Of a DNA stretch of 64,000 nucleotides, positions 54,801-62,019 are shown in pieces. Numbering within the stretch: position 1 is the first letter of the stretch; each line of letters starts with the position of its first letter. The DNA is from a virus: the IMG/VR virus record IMGVR_UViG_3300017755_003154, positions 1 to 64,000 of that record, one strand, 5' to 3'. The notes below the pieces were generated by a model, which had not been told where the DNA came from, searched no databases, and worked only from the letters and a program-made list of their open reading frames with translations. Made by a program: the position numbers and the translations under genes.

Positions 54801-57628
54801 TCACTATTAAAAGTATAATCTCTACCATATACTAACTGTGCTCCGTTCTGATAAATTGTTACGGCTTTATTGCTTAATTTAGTTTTATCAAAAGTTTGAG
54901 ATAAACTAAAAAAATTATTTTCAGTATCATAAACTTTAAATTCTAAACGCTTATTTCCTGCAAACGGAACCATGTCACTAAAATAAAACGGATCATTTGT
55001 AGTTTTATTTTTTAATGTTTCAGATAAAATTTTATCTACATGTTGTTTGACTGGTCCGTCATAACCTAAGTTTTCTGCAACTTGTAGGAAAGTTCTTTTA
55101 AATGTTCTAAATTCATTTTTTGCAAAGTCTATTGCTTTAATTACATTTGCATTTTTTGTAGTAATATGATATAAAGGATTATTAATAGGGCCTGCATGTT
55201 GTACAAACTTTTTACCTACAGTGTTAATATCTCCTAAACTTCCTAAGTTACTGTCTCCAGGAAATATACCTTTAAAATCTTCTAAGTCTTCTATCATTGA
55301 AAACACATGATCATTAACTTCGCCTAAAGTAAATGTATTTAAATTTACATTATTAGGATTGTGTTCTAAATTAATTGGAAATTCATAATATCCGTTTTCA
55401 TTTTTCTCAGTGCTAGAAGATGTTTTGAATATAACACTATCGCCTGCTGATAATTCATTTTCAAAAACTACTATTGCTTTGCCGTCTTGTCTTGAAATAC
55501 TATAATCATAAAAATGTTTATTGTTTACAAATACACTACAAGTCAAATCATTAAGATCGCCGGCATTTTTGTAAACATCAATTTCTAATTGGCTTACAGG
55601 ACCTTGTACATCATATTGTCTAATAACTTTTTGCTGTGATGAGTTTTTTGCTTTTTGCCAACCATTTTTATATGTAAAGGAGTTTAAAGAAGTGTATGTT
55701 TTTAGAAATCCTGTATCAGTGTTTACACCTAACACACTTGTTAAATCTTGATATGTAAAACTTTCAGTAAGCAAATCAAAATTAAAAGTAATATCACCCA
55801 CATTAGTTAAAGCACGGTATGTAACTACAAATCCTAGTTCTGGGTCTACTGTACCTGATGTGCCAATTTTGTAACTAAAAACTTTGTTACCTGCAAAAGT
55901 TGTTGTCTTATACGTTGTTTCATCTGCAAAACTTATACCATTGCTATCAAACATATCAAACAAAGGTGATTGATTTACTTTTGTTTTAAGTTGTCCTAAT
56001 TTCCAACTAGTGCCATCATAGTAATAGTGCTTACCTGCATTACTAGTTCCTTTTTTAACTAATACAACTTCATTTGTTAACGGAGTTGCATCAGTATCTT
56101 CAATTAATGCAATTTGAGGGACTGTACTATTATGCGTAATAAACTTAACTTTATAAATTTTTCCTGTTGCTCTTATATCTTTTTCAGCAGTAAATAAAAT
56201 TCGCATGCCATCTGTAACGTCAACATTGTCAATATTATATCCTACTGCGCCTTCAACAGTTGAAAATATATCTGTAGTCAGCGTATCAATTAAATCAATA
56301 TCATTTTTCTTTTCTGTACCAAAATTGAATAGTTTTAATCCAGAAGTGAATTCTATAATTGGACGCTTTGCTCTTTGTGATTGATCAATGCTTACTGACT
56401 GTCCATTTACTTCAGCACTTTTTTCGATTACTGATTTATGATACCATTTGTTATTTCTTGTCCAAGCATTTTTATCTGGGGAATCTCTATTTACAACAAT
56501 ATAATCTTTTGTAATACTATACGAGGCCGCATTACCAAAAGGTAAACTATCAAAGTTATCGTCGTCAAACGCAATGGGCTTATCATCTGCATACGATAAT
56601 GCAATTACTAAGTCATCAGTATTAACTAATTTAATTTGTGTACCTACACCTTCTACAATCCAACTTCCTGTAGCATACTTTTCAGGTGTTACTTGTCCAA
56701 CAAAATTTAATTTCATGCCGTTAAGTAATTCTACACCTTTAGATGTTGTATACTTTTTTTGACCTATTATTTCTGATTCAACATCAATAGCCGTTGCTTC
56801 GTCAACTTCTGCTATTCTGATAATACCACCTGAATTAATATTGTTACTGTTTTGATAATACAATCTTGTAGGTGCGTTTAATGGAACTGTAAATGTTAAT
56901 GTTCCACTTTCAATGTTTGCATTAGTAATACCTGTTTCATATATAGTGTCTGCATCTAAACTACGCTCAGTACGAATTGTAAATGGCATATCTGTTGCAC
57001 TAATATCAAATTTATACGTTTGTCCTTTGTATAATTCTATAGTAGGATTCTGTGTAAGGTCTCCGTTTATAACGTATGCTAAATTATTTCCGTTGTCAAC
57101 ACTTGTAATAGTGTATGTTCTTGTTACTTCTGTACTTTGTCCTGCAACATTAATTGGTACAGGGCCGTCTGGCATCCAATAATATTCTCTAAAGTTTGTA
57201 AGTTTATCCCAATCAATATTTGGGTTCCATGAATAATATTCTGAACCATTAAGTAAATCATGATTATCAACATTACCGCCAAATGCTTTTATTTGATTAA
57301 TATAATCATTGTAGTCTTTATAAAACGTTACATTGTCATATAAATCTTTGGAGATAACAGATGGTTCTAATTGGTATGCTTCTCTCGGAACAGAAATATC
57401 ACCAATGTAATTGTCATTGTTTCTATAAGACTTAGCAGTTCTTCTGCCATAAAATCCATTTAACTTTTGTGCAGTGCCTGGTTGTAAAACTTGATCCAGT
57501 GTTGCATCTAAAAATTTATTATTTTTTGTAGTGCGAAAATACTTTGGTAATAAACTATTAGACTTAAAAGAAGGTTTCTTGCCATCTATTGGTAATGGAC
57601 TTTCGTTTTGATTATCGTCATAAGCCAT
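42806..57628 (-). CDS. giant (4940 aa) baseplate-associated virion protein
   Basis: Uninterrupted 14.8-kb ORF coupled (TAATG) to the gp6-like gene; FG-GAP-like blades (FGHSISV, FGESVAL, FGDSISI), CBM5/12-like W/F-x4-Y modules, GSGY motifs, (A/G)DG-x-T-x-x-F repeats. Confidence 0.8.
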   Translation of the reverse strand: MAYDDNQNESPLPIDGKKPSFKSNSLLPKYFRTTKNNKFLDATLDQVLQPGTAQKLNGFYGRRTAKSYRNNDNYIGDISVPREAYQLEPSVISKDLYDNVTFYKDYNDYINQIKAFGGNVDNHDLLNGSEYYSWNPNIDWDKLTNFREYYWMPDGPVPINVAGQSTEVTRTYTITSVDNGNNLAYVINGDLTQNPTIELYKGQTYKFDISATDMPFTIRTERSLDADTIYETGITNANIESGTLTFTVPLNAPTRLYYQNSNNINSGGIIRIAEVDEATAIDVESEIIGQKKYTTSKGVELLNGMKLNFVGQVTPEKYATGSWIVEGVGTQIKLVNTDDLVIALSYADDKPIAFDDDNFDSLPFGNAASYSITKDYIVVNRDSPDKNAWTRNNKWYHKSVIEKSAEVNGQSVSIDQSQRAKRPIIEFTSGLKLFNFGTEKKNDIDLIDTLTTDIFSTVEGAVGYNIDNVDVTDGMRILFTAEKDIRATGKIYKVKFITHNSTVPQIALIEDTDATPLTNEVVLVKKGTSNAGKHYYYDGTSWKLGQLKTKVNQSPLFDMFDSNGISFADETTYKTTTFAGNKVFSYKIGTSGTVDPELGFVVTYRALTNVGDITFNFDLLTESFTYQDLTSVLGVNTDTGFLKTYTSLNSFTYKNGWQKAKNSSQQKVIRQYDVQGPVSQLEIDVYKNAGDLNDLTCSVFVNNKHFYDYSISRQDGKAIVVFENELSAGDSVIFKTSSSTEKNENGYYEFPINLEHNPNNVNLNTFTLGEVNDHVFSMIEDLEDFKGIFPGDSNLGSLGDINTVGKKFVQHAGPINNPLYHITTKNANVIKAIDFAKNEFRTFKRTFLQVAENLGYDGPVKQHVDKILSETLKNKTTNDPFYFSDMVPFAGNKRLEFKVYDTENNFFSLSQTFDKTKLSNKAVTIYQNGAQLVYGRDYTFNSDGFAVITATKADGDLIEIYEYESTDGNYVPSTPTKLGLYPAYVPEIISDDSYRTPTNIIIGHDGSRTIAFNDYRDALLLDLERRIYNNIKATYDVLKLDINDYVPGAYRNTKFKIDNINKILLSDFVKWNESLGGLDYTSNNFYELNDSFTYNYSYMSGPNGEALTGFWRSVYKNAYDTDTPHTTPWKMLGFAEKPTWWNTVYGAAPYTSNNLILWQDLEEGKVAEPNKSAKYLEKYVRPGLTKHIPVDESGNLLSPLDSKYAKEYINSYTKLGFKFGDHAPTENAWRTSSDYAFSLIKSWLLNQPAKVMSLGWDLSRISRNLAGQLVYTENKRCISLADLVFSNVYGDTTRVFTSGLVDYVVNYTLSNSSISTNDYKEQVKSLKYQLGMKLGAFTDQNKMKFVLDSRTPFNKGNVFLPKENYKIFLNTSSPVDTVSYSGVIIEKQSYGFVIRGYDRANPIFKIQQASPRTNDPAVNVGGVSDAFVEWEEDKKYTVDKFVRHLSKFYRVIVDHTSGASFEAKNFQKINDIPVRGGATALFRKNFESTITEVPYGTIYTEIQEVVDFLLGYAKQLDTAGFAFDYYNKDNSTVEDWKLSAKEFLFWTTQNWAAGTIIALSPSANQIKFTRPYSVVDNLYDNFYDYSMQDSAGKPLDETFTRLTREGNTFAVNLANTADGIYYIQLPLVQVEHVAILDNTSDFKDVIYSPASGYRQDRVKVMGYRTANWNGTLNIPGFVFDQAEVTEWEAFRDYAIGDTIRYKEFFYAAKNKIAGTQKFIPAEWNRLEGRPETKLYTNFDYRINQFTDFYDLDSDNFDTEQQKLAQHLTGYQKRQYLENIINDDVSQYKFYQGFIADKGSRNSIDKLFDALASADKESVDFYEEWAVKNNQYGATTNFEEIEWQLNESNFNLSPQPIELVETLPTAPTDLIYRIPNYDVFLKPENYDINKIPTKYTNEEYVKTVGYVTGEDVSRAVLTKDGILGFSIDDINRNDYVWVATNDQTWDVIQHTETKLRIETVTPVGSEITLGLNFTARDIAVGDIFGITNANTASLTTLDGFYKATKVIGNDVTFETENQDWQEIDETIDISGTITIFTTQRTASIKDANKNVTANLGTNELIWIDNDDNNKWTVLKNAPVYSEHQKVLSTLQLDSTQHGFGHSISVNDGNTKMAVGIPFKGNGEVHIYVRPNDSTNFVLDQIISAPTNVADAYDGSTPTTSMQFGESVALSPDGKFLVVGSPQASNTYGFYKGEFQQGTSYTKGQIIKYGPNLYKAVQNIDPATGAISFSSFDSYVDIVSQSDSTFINLLQTGNYKINDSPVAHMLIRAPLNAYEGSTAGDDIVLKWNNFSKLNIQGASTDVQPFDGEFPAITGAFLSDRHNIEYKVDNVLVIENFVNLPQVGDTLSSTIASGQVVYVANDLTTCTVYLSDVNGTFDQSGSVFVGTIRIGDYTEDYTNLTSGLGGYWFINTPTYTTSADSTNIFVDPGHGLIYQDLLTTASGRSTPNFYHNITDARQLAVQDANNSGSTLSLMDQASFAQTLTYEGDPLEVFALQESPLWVVRGNKPFTDTLSIGSKFNMTVDSVSGNTNFTDTVMSKALFDKEHTVYDLWDGYIDFTFDEFDQANQLPFEPIVGDTVKDTVTGATAEITFYKRQFNTVRIYVKNITGTWSKGNTYNQDADIFRSRGAIDRRMGRIDAVSLEGTRIGKIIVMEEDTNFPDATISQLDDFEYWFYNEITLAGIPRDPNIPASNNNDWQLVTNIPVSNANGTFTSGLQLEGMFSAYQLNEKIQFDVVDHFTVPERKANAKLGDEIQINQDGALYRILVASKGNGTQSNAGSIHFIKHGSETKNGVASTYEWQLDIDPEFRGLFSSQVFYKEGEIVNNGSLLYKAKRNIASGSAFIADDWESVTDGTAHVGFIPTDGTNRLIGEDVFDPEYGVRDFARKFDQSKDGEVLVVSSRIQGNDSTGERVIVVYRRLPEGQMTVSQTIKPPYEDLSTGSFTGFGDSISISDDGEMLAIGEPYNDDKKKDQGKVYVYTLVDGSFTLTQEVFSPNGEQAEQFGAYLNFDGNQLAVTSLNGDIELPTTFDNNTTIFDDEFTNFKSTDMDSGVVFMYERINQSLLFAQEFVIDEPLAVNFGKNLLMKTNHVYSAIPEVTDLTTFQGMIIDFRKTLGAKAWKTHRSPIDQVDIAKIKGAFLYNTQTNTLIEDLDYIDPVQGKIAGPAEQELSYKTYYDPAAYSLGNDTVVIDEDNAWGAEHAGQLWWDISAVKFYNYQQNSVTYQTNFWGEVFPGTSVEVYEWVETDLLPSEWDALADSENGIASGVSGLSRYGDGVYSQRLKWDPISNTSVAKYYYWVANKRVVPTTANRKITAYDVKRLIEDPVGQGHRFVGLMAKDRYVLFNCEPLLSGNNVAFNLRYYTLDNIDQNIHNEYQMLTQGIGSSKPTRDIERKWFDSLIGYDSQFRLVPDPKLSAKAKYGISNNPRQAMFLNKSEAFKEVIERVNDVLIKNIIVDEFNISDLTKSDPAPFASSREYDIKIDTYEDLAFVGIAKRVTALLTPTVVDGKITSVAIPNSGKGYVDPTYDSTVGGTRLGPKITVTGIGRDAVLESEINELGQIIKINIVDPGIGYDENTTLSVRNFSVLVASDSNVANKWSLYNYTGTRWNRTVSQRFDTNLYWNYADWYAAGYSEFTEIDSLIDFSYQLSALENNIGETVKISSIGSGGWLLLEKIANLQTEDYTQNYKVIGKQNATIQFSPKLYNTSLNKTGFDTDTFDTTFYDNQPVTESRVVLETLRDHILVDNLEVHYNELFLASIRYAFSEQPNIDWAFKTSFIKAQHNVGDLMQKVTFKNDNIDNYQDYINEVKPFKTKIREYVSSYEKTDPTNSIIADFDLPPRYSFSKKKILSSNAKVSNNTITSVSNSTSVYPDKHWLENSGYQIKEISVGNSGSNYTLPPIVSIEGGGGTGATAKAFLNNGKVNKIEVTNPGSGYLKSPDVILNGSVEDGGTKCTARAVLGNGKVRGTHIISRFDRVSGNPYYLEVARSETFTGDNVTAVYNLSWPMNLNGAKVKIYINGVELLKSEYSYLNYVDSTKSYDRKRGRIIFDTPPLMTKTIKVDYELAPDLLTAQDRVQSYYKPIDGMIGKDISQLMMGVDFGGVEVKSFDFSQAGGFETKGFGVEAYDIYDSTFEDIIFYLDGSTAELTWTTPLEDGVVYNVYKNNVRLDDANYPSNPTNPNAVMTSITGDGVLTSINIQNFGITTKDDDIFVIRKTTSDGSFQPDPASYDTELTGGALSYSNAKGIDASDIIVDGDGFITPMTTTGPEELVPGKISDTVDIKVFHRPDDGTSNVQTQFFQTDGVTQTYNTGIHPHNSEAVFVSIDNVRVANTDYTINYVNDSITFTTAPTAGKVLSIVTMGVSGQKILDINKFVADGSTNTYTTNLKYQTGVSHYVTINGVVINSTLSEDANKNFVITFDTAPQAGQLVDYGLFYTTAKNFSATNVQTLIGDGSTTIFDVNPALVGGLPTAQNAIVELNNNILDAGYNVDFTITNASTREYQIQEWQFLTNSVRGEDIEVYLNDELLVKNVQYRWDSSNNSVVLSAGIGGVGDKLDVFFSIDGQYAFGYVGVGADSSTKFLQDRSKIYFDTAPTLGETVRITSFSNHDIQDFERIKYNLVSRVTLVPGTTNFKEYINLSNGLVELRNKSQDSEYVWVIINGVRLAPNVDYYLEEDKLHVKILKKLSANDKVEIIQFGEEQLTHRFGYRQFKDILNRVHYKRLDDANKYKLAQDLNWWDTRIELVDASDLPEPGKKKQIPGVVFINGERIEYYVKQGNSLRQIRRGTLGTGVNTLIASGTEVRDQSPGENAPYTDQTLTQVFTADGTTASFELDFTPTQGVNEFEVFVAGRRLRKNAISSYQVDTKDSAGNFVTRFIAQDSAEGDVTLPVEFTLSGSTLGLAVTPEQDQKVTVVRRIGQTWTKAGESLVDAENDVAQFLKARTTELPK

Positions 57629-60600
57629 TAGTAACCATATCCTCCGCCACTGTTGCCGCCGCCGCTGTTGCCGCCGCCACTGCTACTGCTTGAACTACTG
57701 CTTGAACTTGTACTACTTGACATAGCACCTGTAGAACTTATAGAACCTGCTTCAGATGCAGAACTAACAACACCTGTATTAATTGTTTCTTGACTTGATG
57801 TAATAACATTTCCAGTTGCTCTTAATCTACTTGCTGTAATAGCATCTATAATTTCAACATTTTCTACTGTTGCTGAACTAATAAAAATTTCGTTTGATTC
57901 TGATTTAATTTCGTATAAACTACCAAATGATTGACTTTGCTCATTAGGTACAATTACAATACTAACAATGTCCGGAGTCATTTGATTCATAATATAAGTT
58001 GATAATTCACTAAAGTAAAAACTTTCACCAAATTCCCAATTATCTAAATTAAAGTAAACATTGATTGCTTCAATTATTCTTGACTTAATATCGTTATTAT
58101 TTGTAACTACATCTGGATTAGTAACTACTTTAAATGTTGCTTGCAAACTAGTCTCCGCTGATGAACCAAACAATGGTTTATATTTTACTGGGTGATAAAT
58201 TATTTCATCACTTATTGATTTAATCTTTTCTAATTCTGTGCCGTAAGTACGATACATTTCATCACTGCTTGGTGGTAATGGTTCTGTAAGTCTATCGCCT
58301 GCTAAGAATTGTCTATAAGCAATATCATATGTACGTGTTAATAGATAAGAATCCATAATGTTACTTGCGGCTGGGTCAATTCTTTGATTATAATCTGCAC
58401 TATGCAAGTATCTAAATTTTAATCCAGAACGTCCTATATAACCTCTATACTCTTTAGTAATTTCTATGTTTTTCTTTGTACTGTCTAATTTATAAAATAA
58501 TTCAGTATCCATTGTGAAGAAAACTTGTCCTGCTGTATACTGTGAATACGCACCAATAGCACCGGAGTTTGCTTTTACTTTAATTCCTTCAATATTATTA
58601 TTAACGTACCTATAGTCCTCGACACCGTCACTTGTAGTATATTTCTTTTGGAAAATATATTTTGATTCAGGATTAACAGTTTCAGCAACAATGTCAATAA
58701 ATCCTTGCGGATTATCAATAACACCATCATCGTCGGCATCAAAGAAACTTACTTCAATACGTTTACTATCAACATATCCTTCTGCATCTCTATATTCTTT
58801 TACAACTTCCCAATCGTAACTAACGTTAAATGGATTAGATACATCTGGTTTATTGTTGATATTTAAAACTTCAATTTTGTCTTTAATAATTTTACCAGTT
58901 TTGTTATCATAGATTTTATCTGTGCTATCATAGTAAAATTTAATTTCTTGATCACTCTCAAAAACGTATCTCATCGTTCTGTATGTAATATCGTAACGCT
59001 CGCCATCTGTTTTAAAATACATGATCCAACTTGCATCTAAGTTTTGATTACTCGAGTCTCCAGTTTTACCTGTACTAAAATTACTTACACTATCAATGTT
59101 TGCTTCAGTAATGATTCTCCATTGGCGTGTTTCAACATCATAACGTAAACCGAAAGTATTTGTTGCAAACGCTTGATCAACTACTTGTGTTTTTACAGCA
59201 TCTGTAATTATATTTGCTAATTTTGGTCTTATTTCTTGTAGTACTGCTCCAGTAGGAACATTATCATTTAGTACAATTGGTCCTAGTCCTGTTGAACCTA
59301 CTACTGTACCGTCACCGCTAACACTAATAACTTTGGTCCAAATATAATCAATTGCATTAGGATGATCTGAAGAACCTGCCATTAATCCGTGTTCATTATT
59401 TTTCATAAAATGAAAACCTGTTGGTGCAACAAATTTTAAAAGTGTGCCTGCTTCAACAAATCTTAAATTGTTTGCTGTAAATGTACCAACTTTAAATGTT
59501 ACTCCTACACCAGCACCAGCAGTTTCAGGTTGGGTTTTACTTATTAATCCTGTACTTCTATTAGTATCTTGTGTAGAACTTGTCCATTCAACCCCTAAAT
59601 CTGATGCAAGAATTTTAGTAAAGTTTTCTAGATAGTAATTATATACTTTTTTATCACGTATAATAGGTTCTACTGTATTTGTAATTGCTTGTTCAATATC
59701 AGTTGTAGTTACAAAATTAAAACTTGTTTTTAAATTTTTTGTTTCTTTATAAATTATACCGTCATTGCCAAATAAATTTGTACTTGAATATTTTCCTGTT
59801 GAATCAATTAAATCAAAGTATCTACTAATGCCGCTTGCATTTCTATTAACAGTTTTTACTTTTACAATTTCTTGACTTACTCCTAATGGAGCAACATTAT
59901 AATCTTCAGCAGTTACCATTCTATTTTGTGTATAGAATGTTGATGGAGCATTTGCTTTTATACTTTCGTTACTTTCACTTAAACTACTGTTTGAAATTGT
60001 ATATTTTAATTGTAGTGTTAAATTAAGTGTTTCAGGTACACCAAATTCACTTAGATAAGGAATAGCAATTTGTATACCTGTCATTTCACTTGGTTTAATT
60101 GTATAACGTTTATTTGCACTTGTACGATATACTACTTTAAATCTGCCTTGTGGTAAATTTCCAAATACACCGTCACTAAAAATTAAACTAATTCTATCTT
60201 GTACTCTTGTTAAAACAGAATATAAGTTTCTAATACTTTTATTAACACTATTGTAAATTACATTGTTGCCTTCAACTGAATTTACTTTTGTCCAAAATTC
60301 ATTTTCACGTCCTTGTTCATCTAATTTAAATAACCAAACATCTTTATCGTTAATATCAGTTGCATCAATATCAACTTTTTGATTTGAACTAGGATTGTTA
60401 ACACTAAATTGACCATCATCTAAAGAACCTTGTTTAAATGTTGCAAAAAATCCTGTGTTTGTACTTGCAGGACCTTGTCCATCGTTTTTATATAGGCATG
60501 CAAAACTGTTACCAACTAGTGGAATTTCTTCTTCAAGTGCATTCTCAACAATGTCAGTACTTACAACTTCAAACGGTAAACTTTGTCCTTCAATAGTTTT

Positions 60601-61206
60601 TGAAAATGAATATTTAGGAATATCAGTATTGATACCATTAAATCTATATTGTTCATGTGGTATACCATTTACTGTTGCTTTTTTAGTAGGCTTACCAAAA
60701 ACTCCGTTTGCCGGTAAAGCGGCATTCATTACTTTAATAAATTGTTCATACCAATTAGAGTTGCTAGGATCGTTCCAAGTAATTTGTTGTCCTGATAAAT
60801 TAAAACTGTTAGAATCAACAACATCTTGTGATGTAGATACTGATGTAATTTTTAGTAATCCCTCAGCGGCTTGATTACGCTTTGGATTATAAGAAAGCAA
60901 ACGTGCTAAACGTAATACGCTTTCTCTACGTTCTGCTAATTCAAGAAAGTTTTCACGTGCATTAAGGTCTATACGGAATGAAATATTTTGACCTAAAAAT
61001 GCAATAAGATCTATTAGTGCTAGGTATTCACTAGATTCAATATAATCATTAAAATCCTCAGGATAATTAGTCCTTAGGTAGTTGATCATAGTTCTACGTA
61101 AATTATCAAAATCGTAACTTTGGAAATCAGCATTACGATAAGATTGGTATATACGCTTCCAATCTTCTGCAACTAGCAGTCTATTTTGTCTGTCTGTGGA
61201 TGACAT
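57628..61206 (-). CDS. baseplate wedge subunit, T4 gp6-like
   Basis: DFDNLRRTMINYL..FNDYIESS..LIDLIAFLG..ENFL..RESVLRLA..YNPKR; ESNESIK..QNRMVTAEDY. Confidence 0.85.
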   Translation of the reverse strand: MSSTDRQNRLLVAEDWKRIYQSYRNADFQSYDFDNLRRTMINYLRTNYPEDFNDYIESSEYLALIDLIAFLGQNISFRIDLNARENFLELAERRESVLRLARLLSYNPKRNQAAEGLLKITSVSTSQDVVDSNSFNLSGQQITWNDPSNSNWYEQFIKVMNAALPANGVFGKPTKKATVNGIPHEQYRFNGINTDIPKYSFSKTIEGQSLPFEVVSTDIVENALEEEIPLVGNSFACLYKNDGQGPASTNTGFFATFKQGSLDDGQFSVNNPSSNQKVDIDATDINDKDVWLFKLDEQGRENEFWTKVNSVEGNNVIYNSVNKSIRNLYSVLTRVQDRISLIFSDGVFGNLPQGRFKVVYRTSANKRYTIKPSEMTGIQIAIPYLSEFGVPETLNLTLQLKYTISNSSLSESNESIKANAPSTFYTQNRMVTAEDYNVAPLGVSQEIVKVKTVNRNASGISRYFDLIDSTGKYSSTNLFGNDGIIYKETKNLKTSFNFVTTTDIEQAITNTVEPIIRDKKVYNYYLENFTKILASDLGVEWTSSTQDTNRSTGLISKTQPETAGAGVGVTFKVGTFTANNLRFVEAGTLLKFVAPTGFHFMKNNEHGLMAGSSDHPNAIDYIWTKVISVSGDGTVVGSTGLGPIVLNDNVPTGAVLQEIRPKLANIITDAVKTQVVDQAFATNTFGLRYDVETRQWRIITEANIDSVSNFSTGKTGDSSNQNLDASWIMYFKTDGERYDITYRTMRYVFESDQEIKFYYDSTDKIYDNKTGKIIKDKIEVLNINNKPDVSNPFNVSYDWEVVKEYRDAEGYVDSKRIEVSFFDADDDGVIDNPQGFIDIVAETVNPESKYIFQKKYTTSDGVEDYRYVNNNIEGIKVKANSGAIGAYSQYTAGQVFFTMDTELFYKLDSTKKNIEITKEYRGYIGRSGLKFRYLHSADYNQRIDPAASNIMDSYLLTRTYDIAYRQFLAGDRLTEPLPPSSDEMYRTYGTELEKIKSISDEIIYHPVKYKPLFGSSAETSLQATFKVVTNPDVVTNNNDIKSRIIEAINVYFNLDNWEFGESFYFSELSTYIMNQMTPDIVSIVIVPNEQSQSFGSLYEIKSESNEIFISSATVENVEIIDAITASRLRATGNVITSSQETINTGVVSSASEAGSISSTGAMSSSTSSSSSSSSSSGGGNSGGGNSGGGYGY
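57631..57722 (-). repeat. low-complexity Ser/Gly-coding repeat at the gp6 C-terminus
   Basis: Encodes SSSTSSSSSSSSSSGGGNSGGGNSGGGYGY; GCCGCC-rich 15-bp units. Confidence 0.8.
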
Positions 61207-61231
61207 ATCACATTCCTTATTTGTTCATATG

Positions 61232-61239
61232 TATTTATT
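61232..61239 (-). promoter_or_regulatory. T4-late-like promoter motif (AATAAATA)
   Basis: Intergenic, upstream of the AAGGA RBS and ATG at 61206. Confidence 0.55.
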
Positions 61240-61264
61240 TGTTTAAGAAAAGTGCGTATATAAT

Positions 61265-61711
61265 TTATGCTGTAAGACCCGCATCTTCATCAAAGTCCAA
61301 TCTAAGTTTTTCTGAGATATTATACGGCAAGTATGTAAGTTCCATTTCAATTTGAATGCCACTTTCATAACTTGTTACTCTAATATTTTCTGCTTGTACA
61401 CGTGGATCATAGTTACAAATAGTTGTAACATTTGCGGCTATTGCTTCTTTCAAATCATCAGTGAATGGTTCAAACAATGCGTCCCAAATAATAGTTCCAA
61501 ATGCTGGATTATGTAGTTTTTCTCCTTGGCGTATATGAAAATGATTAAGTAAATCTTGTTTAATTAAAGCAAGATCATATAACGTACTACTTGTATTCTC
61601 AGGATTAACTGTAGATAAACCTCTATAAGCCCTGCTTGTTACAACAGGCTTTTGCTCTTGCGTTGGTTTAATTGCAATTCTATCATATAGATTTTTTTCT
61701 AAAGTACTCAT
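61265..61711 (-). CDS. baseplate wedge subunit, T4 gp25-like
   Basis: LYDLALIKQDLLNHFHIRQGEKLHNPAFGT..LFEP..YDPRV. Confidence 0.88.
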   Translation of the reverse strand: MSTLEKNLYDRIAIKPTQEQKPVVTSRAYRGLSTVNPENTSSTLYDLALIKQDLLNHFHIRQGEKLHNPAFGTIIWDALFEPFTDDLKEAIAANVTTICNYDPRVQAENIRVTSYESGIQIEMELTYLPYNISEKLRLDFDEDAGLTA

Positions 61712-61716
61712 ATTGA

Positions 61717-61724
61717 TATTTATG
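61717..61724 (-). promoter_or_regulatory. T4-late-like promoter motif (CATAAATA)
   Basis: Only 5 nt upstream of the gp25-like ATG; no SD sequence visible. Confidence 0.5.
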
Positions 61725-62019
61725 TCCCTACGTTTACAAAGGATGCGCCACTGGTTATTGTACCTGCATCACAACCATCGTCGACCCTACCTACTAAAAT
61801 GCCACAAACTTTTACTACTGCACTTGATCCGTTTATATATTCTACATGGCTAGGACATAAAGGTGGATTATGAGTATGTGATACTGTTGGATCACCTAAT
61901 CTAGCAACGTATTTCCCTTGGACTTTTACAAATGTTTGTCCTGGTGCATCTAGTGTAGTTGTGCTTGTACAACCGTGACCTGTATCTACTGTATCTGTTT
62001 CTCTTGCTATTAATGGCAT
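61720..62019 (-). CDS. PAAR-repeat spike tip protein
   Basis: IARETD..GHGC, VKVQGKYVARLGD..H..C..H, GS..VKVCG..VGRVDD..C. Start moved to 62019 (TAATG overlap), 99 aa. Confidence 0.88.
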   Translation of the reverse strand: MPLIARETDTVDTGHGCTSTTTLDAPGQTFVKVQGKYVARLGDPTVSHTHNPPLCPSHVEYINGSSAVVKVCGILVGRVDDGCDAGTITSGASFVNVGT

